64,000 nt of DNA. It comes from Candidatus Fermentithermobacillaceae bacterium. Its GTDB lineage: Bacteria > Bacillota > Sulfobacillia > Fermentithermobacillales > DUSS01. This document shows, in pieces, positions 58,052 through 64,000 of this stretch; the stretch's first letter is position 1; each line of letters starts with the position of its first letter. The stretch lies in the NCBI GenBank assembly GCA_014896535.1, contig JADBKE010000006.1, forward strand, positions 2,290 through 66,289. The letters are read 5' to 3'. The translations under genes and the position numbers were made by a program. The notes below the pieces were generated by a model, which was not told the origin of the DNA, did no database searches, and was given only the letters and a program-made list of their open reading frames with translations.

Positions 58052-59208
58052 TGGGAGCAGCACCCGTTCTGTGGAACCTCATAGGTGCCGTGAAGGTGCG
58101 GGTTCAAGGACCGAACCCCGCCAGACTGCTGAACCTTTGCGTTTCACGGGGGATCCCCGTCTCGGGGATACGCGAGGAGGATGGCGCCCTCGTTTTTTAT
58201 ACCCTCCCCTGGCGGTACCGGGAACTGAGACCGCTCGCCTTCAAGAGCCGCTGCAGGCCACAGGTCATTGGCCGCAGCGGCCTGTGGTTTCTGTGGTCGA
58301 AGGTCCGAAAACGGCAGGTGTTGGTGGCGAGTATCCTGGTTCTCTGCGGAGTCCTTTATTACCTGTCCGGTTCCATCTGGGTCGTCGACGTGCGAGGGAA
58401 CAGCCGAGTATCCAAGGAACGCATCCTCGGGGCAGCTGTGAAGGCCGGGCTGTACAGAGGCGCAAGAAAGGCGCTGATTTGCACCGAGTTCGTGGACGCA
58501 ATAATAAGTGGGGATATACCCGAGCTAGGATGGGTCTACACCAGCATTCACGGGACAGTGGCCGTGATCGAGGTGAGAGAGAAGGTAGAACATCCCGTGG
58601 ACCGCCCCGGTGATATGGTGGCCAGAAGGGACGGACTGGTCAAGTCCGTTCTCGTCCTCTCCGGCAACCCTTTGGTGAAGGCGGGGGACACCGTAAAGGC
58701 TGGCGATATCCTGATAGCGGGGGACCCGTCGGTGCCTTCGGGAACAGCCAGGGGCGAAGTGGTGGCGAGTACGTGGTACAAAGCATCTGTGGAAGTCCCT
58801 CTTCGCGAGGTCCAGCCGCGAAGGACCGGGCGACGAGTCGAAGTACGGTTGTTGAACTTGCGAGGCAATCTCATTCCCTTGTTCGGGTCCAGGACGGTTC
58901 CATTCCGGTGGTATGAAGTCGAAGATAGCGTGGCCGGAGGCGGAAAAGAGCCTGAAACGGCCATTTCCATCATAACCCGGACATACTATGAACTCGCGTG
59001 GGTCGAGGCGGAAAGGAGTCCCGCCGAGGCCCGAGACCTGGCAAGGAAGAGGCTGGAAGATATCGTTCGCAGGCAGTTGCCTCCTTCTGTAAAATTGATA
59101 GACTTTAGTGTAGAGGTAAAGATAGCGCCGGACCAAGGGGTAGTGGTGGCCACGGGCCTCGCGCAGGCAGAAGAGAACATCGCCGTGTTGAAGCCCTGGC
59201 CCCAGTGA
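58051..59208 (+). CDS. yqfD: Sporulation protein YqfD
   Basis: 385 aa, with its ATG overlapping the yqfC stop (TAATG). One central TM and the YqfD-like layout (VRVQGPNPARLLNLC...). Confidence 0.8.
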   Translation: MGAAPVLWNLIGAVKVRVQGPNPARLLNLCVSRGIPVSGIREEDGALVFYTLPWRYRELRPLAFKSRCRPQVIGRSGLWFLWSKVRKRQVLVASILVLCGVLYYLSGSIWVVDVRGNSRVSKERILGAAVKAGLYRGARKALICTEFVDAIISGDIPELGWVYTSIHGTVAVIEVREKVEHPVDRPGDMVARRDGLVKSVLVLSGNPLVKAGDTVKAGDILIAGDPSVPSGTARGEVVASTWYKASVEVPLREVQPRRTGRRVEVRLLNLRGNLIPLFGSRTVPFRWYEVEDSVAGGGKEPETAISIITRTYYELAWVEAERSPAEARDLARKRLEDIVRRQLPPSVKLIDFSVEVKIAPDQGVVVATGLAQAEENIAVLKPWPQ

Positions 59209-59293
59209 AAAGAGGAAGGCGGACTGACTGGTCCTGCTGAACATTATAAACCCGGTTCGGCGCCACCAGAGAAATGGAGGTATCCGTAGGGAC

Positions 59294-60301
59294 TTGGCAA
59301 ACTCGGAGAAACTTTTCGTTCTCGCTTCCAACGACGAAGCTTTCCGATTGTTCGGTTCTTACGATCAAAACCTGACCCTTCTCGAAGATGCCCTCGATGT
59401 GAAGTTGGTAGCCAGGGGAAGAAACCTGTTGATTTCCGGGCCCAACGAAGAGGTGGCCAAAGCGGAAGAAGTCATAAACCACCTCATGGAGCAGGTGCGC
59501 AGCGGCAAAAGCGTCACTGCCCAGGACCTGCGCTACGCGTTACGCATTGTGAATGCCGGGGAGAAGCTGGAAGATCTAGGAGAGCAAATCCTTACCGGAA
59601 TCCGCGGGAAGGTCATAGGACCCAGGACTCAGGGGCAAAAGGAGTATGTGAAAGCCATTGCCGAAAACCCGCTGACGTTCGGGATCGGGCCGGCCGGAAC
59701 CGGCAAGACGTACTTGGCGGTGGCCATGGCTGTCAGAGCGTTCAGGCGCAAAGAAGTGGAGAGGATAATCCTGACCCGGCCGGCGGTGGAGGCCGGAGAG
59801 CGCCTCGGGTTCCTTCCCGGGGACATACAGGAAAAGGTGAACCCGTACCTGAGGCCCCTCTACGATGCGCTGTTTGATATGATCGGTCTCGAGGCGTTCG
59901 AAAAGTACATGCAGAAGGGGCTCATCGAAGTTGCGCCCCTGGCCTACATGCGGGGACGGACGCTGGAGTCCTGTTTCGTCATCCTGGACGAGGCTCAGAA
60001 CACTACTCCCGAGCAGATGAAGATGTTCCTCACACGACTCGGTGTGAACTCGAAGGCGGTCGTGACGGGCGATATCACCCAGATCGACCTGCCCAAGGGA
60101 GTATATTCGGGTCTGGAACAGGTGCGGGTTGTCCTGAAGGGTGTCGAGGGAGTGAAGTTCGTATACCTCACCGAGCGAGACGTGGTCCGCCACGAGCTGG
60201 TTTCCAGGATAGTTAAAGCCTACGAGCGTTTCGAAGCCATCGAGAAAGGGGAGAGAGACCGTATTGCCGTCGAAGGGGCAAAACGGGGGCAAAGTAAATA
60301 G
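59294..60301 (+). CDS. phoH: PhoH-family ATPase (YbeZ-like)
   Basis: GPAGTGKTYLAVA Walker A, ILDEAQN, ITGD(I)TQIDLP. Confidence 0.9.
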   Translation: MANSEKLFVLASNDEAFRLFGSYDQNLTLLEDALDVKLVARGRNLLISGPNEEVAKAEEVINHLMEQVRSGKSVTAQDLRYALRIVNAGEKLEDLGEQILTGIRGKVIGPRTQGQKEYVKAIAENPLTFGIGPAGTGKTYLAVAMAVRAFRRKEVERIILTRPAVEAGERLGFLPGDIQEKVNPYLRPLYDALFDMIGLEAFEKYMQKGLIEVAPLAYMRGRTLESCFVILDEAQNTTPEQMKMFLTRLGVNSKAVVTGDITQIDLPKGVYSGLEQVRVVLKGVEGVKFVYLTERDVVRHELVSRIVKAYERFEAIEKGERDRIAVEGAKRGQSK

Positions 60302-62453
60302 AGAAAACGGGCGGACATCTAAGGCCGCGAAACCTCGCTTGTGGGCTGCTTTTTTGACCGACCCTTCGAAAAACTCCCTCTTCTGGGCAGGAGTCACCTA
60401 TCTGGTGGTGACCGTCCTCATATACCTTTCTCTCAAACCGATGACGCTTCACCTCAAAGAAGGAGACATCTCGCCCGTGGATGTGAGGGCCCCTCAGGAA
60501 GTCGTGGATGAAGCTCAAACGGAGAAGCTCAGGGAAGAAAAGGCAAGGGCCGTGTCAAAGGTCGTCGACAACGATCCCAAGGTGCTTCAAGATATCCTAT
60601 CCCGGCTGGATGCGATCCGTACGGACCTCGAGTCTCTAAGGAGCACGGCGGGTTTGACTACCGAGAAAATCGTGTCGACGTTGAGGCCGTATGTCGGGCC
60701 CGAACTTTCCAACTCGGATATCGTGGCGGCGGCAGCTACTTCGTCTCCGTCGGCGGACGCGGCCATTGGAAGGGCAAAGGACATAGCCAGACAAGTCTTA
60801 AGCCGCGGCGTACGAGAGGAAGATCTGAAAGCCGTCATCGCGGAAGTGGAGGGCATGATAAAGAACGACCCCGCGATACCGAGCTCGTTCTCTCCTTTCC
60901 TCGCGGCGTATTTCCGAGAAAACCTTCGCCCCAATCTCGTTTACAATCAGGAAGAGACGGAACGGAGGATGGCGGAAGCCAGAGCTTCGGTGGAGCCGGT
61001 GAGGATAAGGCGGGGGCAGATCGTTCTGAAGGCCGGCGAAACCGTCACCCGCGAGCACATAGCTCTCTTGGATAAACTGGGCATGTTGGGTCCCGGTGTG
61101 AGGGCTTCCGATGTGGGCGGTGCGGTACTCATGGGGGCTCTGGTGGTCGCCTTGCCCCAAGGGTATCTGAGCGTATTTGTGCCGGAAAGCAAGAGGCACA
61201 AAGGTGCGTCCCTGGTCGCTTCCGTGACGGTGCTCACGGCTCTTCTCGTTCGGGGCTTTTCGGCGGTGTCACCCTACCTGGCACCGGTTGCCGCAGGCGT
61301 AATGTTGTCTGCAACGCTGGTGGACCGCCGGTTCGGCGTGGTTTTCGGTTTTTCCATGACGCTCCTTCTGGCGGTATTCACCGGTTTCGACGTCAAGTAC
61401 GTAGTGGTGTTTTTGACCTCCAGCGTCGCCGCCGTTCTGGTGATAACCAAAACCTTCCAGCGGTCCCACCTGATGAAAGCCGGCGCCGCGGTTTCCGCCG
61501 CCAACCTTTTTTCCTTCCTGGGCCTGGGCCTGTCGGGGGGAGTAACGCAATGGGATCTGAAGGTTCTTCCCGATTACATGTGGCTTATCTTCAACGGCCC
61601 GCTGTCCGCCATCCTGGCCATAGGTTCTCTGCCCTTTTTCGAGGCGGTGTTCGATATCCTCACCCCGATAAGGCTGATCGAGCTTTCTAATCCGGAACAT
61701 CCGCTGCTCCACCGCTTGCTTCTGGAGGCCCCCGGCACATATCACCACAGCATCATGGTGGGAAATCTGGCCGAGGCTGCGGCACAGGCGGTGGGCGCGG
61801 ATAGCTTGCTCACTAGGGTCGGGTCATACTATCACGACATAGGAAAAGTAAAACGCCCGTACATGTTCGTGGAAAACCAAGTCCCGGGACTTGAGAATCC
61901 CCACGACAGGCTGAACCCGGGCCTTTCGGCATCCGTGATAATCGCGCACGTCAAAGACGGGCTGGAGCTTGCGGAACAGGCGAGAATTCCCGAGGATATC
62001 CGGCGTTTTATTGCCGAACATCATGGAACCACGCTGGTGTCGTATTTCTTCACGAAAGCTTCGGAGGACGCCAGGGAAAAGGAAAACCGCCCGCCGGTCG
62101 AGTGGGACTTCCGCTACGAAGGACCTCGTCCGTCCACGCGAGAGTCGGCCATCGTAATGCTGGCCGACGGCGTCGAAGCTGCCACCAGAGCGCTTTCCCG
62201 ACCGACTCCCGCCCGGATCGAGTCGGTGGTGAGGAAGATCATTCAGGACAGGCTGATCGACCATCAGCTGGACCGGTCAGACCTTACGTTGAAGGACCTG
62301 GACATCATCGCCGCTACTTTTACCCGGATCCTGACCGGAGTGTTCCACACGCGGATAGAGTATCCTTCGCCGGATAAGCTCGGAATTGCCAGGGATTATG
62401 AGCATACCAACGAATCCGAGACAGATGGTGATGACCATGAGCGTCGAAGTTGA
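60264..62453 (+). CDS. pgpH: 7TM-HD membrane phosphohydrolase (PgpH/YqfF family)
   Basis: Extracellular domain, 7 TM helices, and an HD domain (HHSIMVGNLAE...YHDIGK...HHG). TTG 60264 lies after AAAGGGGAGAG and overlaps phoH by 38 nt. Confidence 0.85.
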   Translation: MPSKGQNGGKVNRENGRTSKAAKPRLWAAFLTDPSKNSLFWAGVTYLVVTVLIYLSLKPMTLHLKEGDISPVDVRAPQEVVDEAQTEKLREEKARAVSKVVDNDPKVLQDILSRLDAIRTDLESLRSTAGLTTEKIVSTLRPYVGPELSNSDIVAAAATSSPSADAAIGRAKDIARQVLSRGVREEDLKAVIAEVEGMIKNDPAIPSSFSPFLAAYFRENLRPNLVYNQEETERRMAEARASVEPVRIRRGQIVLKAGETVTREHIALLDKLGMLGPGVRASDVGGAVLMGALVVALPQGYLSVFVPESKRHKGASLVASVTVLTALLVRGFSAVSPYLAPVAAGVMLSATLVDRRFGVVFGFSMTLLLAVFTGFDVKYVVVFLTSSVAAVLVITKTFQRSHLMKAGAAVSAANLFSFLGLGLSGGVTQWDLKVLPDYMWLIFNGPLSAILAIGSLPFFEAVFDILTPIRLIELSNPEHPLLHRLLLEAPGTYHHSIMVGNLAEAAAQAVGADSLLTRVGSYYHDIGKVKRPYMFVENQVPGLENPHDRLNPGLSASVIIAHVKDGLELAEQARIPEDIRRFIAEHHGTTLVSYFFTKASEDAREKENRPPVEWDFRYEGPRPSTRESAIVMLADGVEAATRALSRPTPARIESVVRKIIQDRLIDHQLDRSDLTLKDLDIIAATFTRILTGVFHTRIEYPSPDKLGIARDYEHTNESETDGDDHERRS

Positions 62454-62922
62454 CTTCGTGTTGCCCCGGCAAATCGGCAAGCAGGAGGAGGACGCCCTGA
62501 GGTCGCTGGCGGACAGGGCGGTGTCCATCGTTTTGGAGATCGAGGGAAGAAGCAAAGAGATGTACGAAGTGTCTGTGCTGTACACGGACGACTCGTTCAT
62601 CAGAGAACTTAACGAACAGTACCGGGGCGAAGACAGCGCCACCGATGTGCTTTCGTTTCCCATGATGTCCCCGGAGGAGATGGATATTTCCTCCGGCTTT
62701 CCGGACGTACTGGGCGACATAGTGATATCTCTGGATACCGCCGAAAGGCAGGCCAAGGAGAGAGGGGTTGCCCTCGAGGATGAGGTAGGCCTCCTCCTCA
62801 TTCATGGTTGCCTCCACCTTCTTGGCTATGACCACGCTAACGCGAGCGAAGAGGCGATCATGTGGCGAAAACAGGAAACCGCGTTGAATTTGCTGAGGAA
62901 GTCGGTAAAGGGCCAAAGTTAG
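62437..62922 (+). CDS. ybeY: rRNA maturation endoribonuclease YbeY
   Basis: DVLSFPM and HGCLHLLGYDH Zn motif. Several in-frame ATGs at 62425-62437; 62437 was chosen. Confidence 0.88.
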   Translation: MSVEVDFVLPRQIGKQEEDALRSLADRAVSIVLEIEGRSKEMYEVSVLYTDDSFIRELNEQYRGEDSATDVLSFPMMSPEEMDISSGFPDVLGDIVISLDTAERQAKERGVALEDEVGLLLIHGCLHLLGYDHANASEEAIMWRKQETALNLLRKSVKGQS

Positions 62923-63452
62923 GGGAGGGTCGCCGTACGTCCGTCGGTGGAGATACCCGCTTTTTCAGGGCGAGGTCCCTCAAAGCGAGTTTTGGGTACG
63001 CCTGGGAGGGCCTTTCTTACGTCTGGACTACCCAGCGCAACATGAGAATTCACGTACTGATCGGATCCCTTGTGGTCTCGGCAGCTCTTTTGCTCGGCCT
63101 GGGTAGAGTGGACTTTCTTTTGGTAGTCTTCGCCATCACTCTCGTCCTCTCGGCAGAGGTCCTGAATACCCTGGCCGAAGCTTTGGTGGATCTGCTCACC
63201 CCGGACTACGCTCCCATGGCGAAGGTGGTAAAGGACGTGGCTGCCGGCGGAGTGCTCTTGGCTTCCATCTTTTCGGTGATCACGGGTTTGGCCGTGTTCG
63301 TTCCCGCGCTGACCGGGCTCTTTCGAACGGCCTGGAGCGACGTCGTCGCCGATTTCGGAAGGCGGTTGCCGTGGGCAGTTCCCGCCCTAATAACGCTCGT
63401 TCTTCCCGCCTTAATTGGGCTTTTCCTTCCGGCGAAAGGTGGAAAAAGATAA
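62862..63452 (+). CDS. dgkA: Diacylglycerol/undecaprenol kinase DgkA family, with an extra C-terminal hydrophobic segment
   Basis: RFFRARSLKASFGYAWEGL..., LSAEVLNTLAEALVD, AKDVAAGGVL. GTG 62862 is the only canonical start upstream of the conserved N-terminus and gives a 61-nt overlap with ybeY. Confidence 0.75.
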   Translation: MAKTGNRVEFAEEVGKGPKLGEGRRTSVGGDTRFFRARSLKASFGYAWEGLSYVWTTQRNMRIHVLIGSLVVSAALLLGLGRVDFLLVVFAITLVLSAEVLNTLAEALVDLLTPDYAPMAKVVKDVAAGGVLLASIFSVITGLAVFVPALTGLFRTAWSDVVADFGRRLPWAVPALITLVLPALIGLFLPAKGGKR

Positions 63453-63459
63453 CACCGCC

Positions 63460-64000
63460 ATGGGCCTCTACCAGACCGAAGGCGTGGTCCTGCACAAAAG
63501 ACCCGCAGGGGAATACGACAAAGCCGTCGTGCTGCTTACCGAAAGCGACGGACTGGTTCACGCAGTGGTGAAGGGCGCCTTGAGACCCGGGTCGAAGCTC
63601 GGACCTCTCACCGAACCCCTTTCGTGGGGCCTCTTCGAGCTCTTCCGGGGAAAAACTCAAGACAGGATCACCGGGTGTGAACTCAGGTCCTCTTTCCCCC
63701 GCATCAGCGAAAGCTATCCCAGACTGGTTTACGCTGCGTACCTGTGCGAACTCGAGATGCTTTTTTCTTCTCAGAGGGACCCGGATCCGAAGGCGTTCTG
63801 GTTTTTCGTCTCAGCTTTGAAGACGCTGGAAACCGCCGACGATTGCTGGTCTCCGGCCAGGCGCGCCGAAATAGGCATACTCGAATACGCAGGGCTCTTT
63901 CCGGTTCTCGAAGAATGCGTCGCGTGCGGCGGGGAAGTTCCGGGCGAGGCGATGTTTTCCCCTGGCCTCGGTGGTATCCTCTGTCCGAAATGCGCCGGAA
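63460..64000 (+). CDS. recO: DNA repair protein RecO (3' end beyond the window)
   Basis: My own translation from ATG 63460: MGLYQTEGVVLHKRPAGEYDKAVVLLTESDGLVHAVVKGALRPGSKL...; Zn-finger CVACGG...CPKC near the window end. The frame is open to 64000. Confidence 0.85.
   Translation, partial: MGLYQTEGVVLHKRPAGEYDKAVVLLTESDGLVHAVVKGALRPGSKLGPLTEPLSWGLFELFRGKTQDRITGCELRSSFPRISESYPRLVYAAYLCELEMLFSSQRDPDPKAFWFFVSALKTLETADDCWSPARRAEIGILEYAGLFPVLEECVACGGEVPGEAMFSPGLGGILCPKCAG

Overview
64-kb window from a moderately high-GC (about 58-60% by eye) endospore-forming Bacillota chromosome, Clostridia-like; the taxonomy is inferred from gene content and synteny only. I support about 60 protein genes, 8 tRNAs (one lone tRNA-Ala and a 7-tRNA operon), one valS T-box riboswitch, and several sigma-A-type promoters and intrinsic terminators. 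I saw no rRNA, CRISPR array, transposase, integrase or phage genes.

Layout:
- 0.3-6.4 kb: ferritin-like gene, minus-strand fructose PTS operon (fruR-fruK-EIIA-EIIB-EIIC), MATE exporter.
- 6.7-17.3 kb: more accessory-looking stretch. It holds a processive GT2 synthase with a large insertion plus a coupled small ORF, tRNA-Ala, a hypothetical gene, TldD/PmbA pair 1, a DUF457 hydrolase, an EamA transporter, SOD and a polysaccharide deacetylase.
- 17.5-50.9 kb: one long plus-strand housekeeping run. Order is comEA, tRNA operon, tig-clpP-clpX-lonB-lon, a Ddl-like ATP-grasp gene plus GNAT, T-box-valS-folC, PrcB-like and SPOR genes, rnfC-D-E-A-B-apbE, DUF4321-radC-mreBCD-mrdA-minCDE-rodA-rseC.
- 50.7-54.3 kb: minus-strand XPB/Rad25-type helicase operon.
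- 54.5-64 kb: TldD/PmbA pair 2, then rpsU-yqfC-yqfD-phoH-pgpH-ybeY-dgkA-recO (recO runs off the window).

The window is mostly core genome and I found no clear-cut novel system. The items most worth a second look:
- the XPB helicase with a partner that duplicates its N-terminal domain;
- the rnf operon lacking rnfG although apbE is present;
- the GT2 synthase with a roughly 200-aa insertion and a translationally coupled small ORF;
- the two TldD/TldE pairs;
- an unusually long valS T-box leader.

Many start codons are non-ATG and were chosen by Shine-Dalgarno spacing, so 5' ends are less certain than 3' ends.
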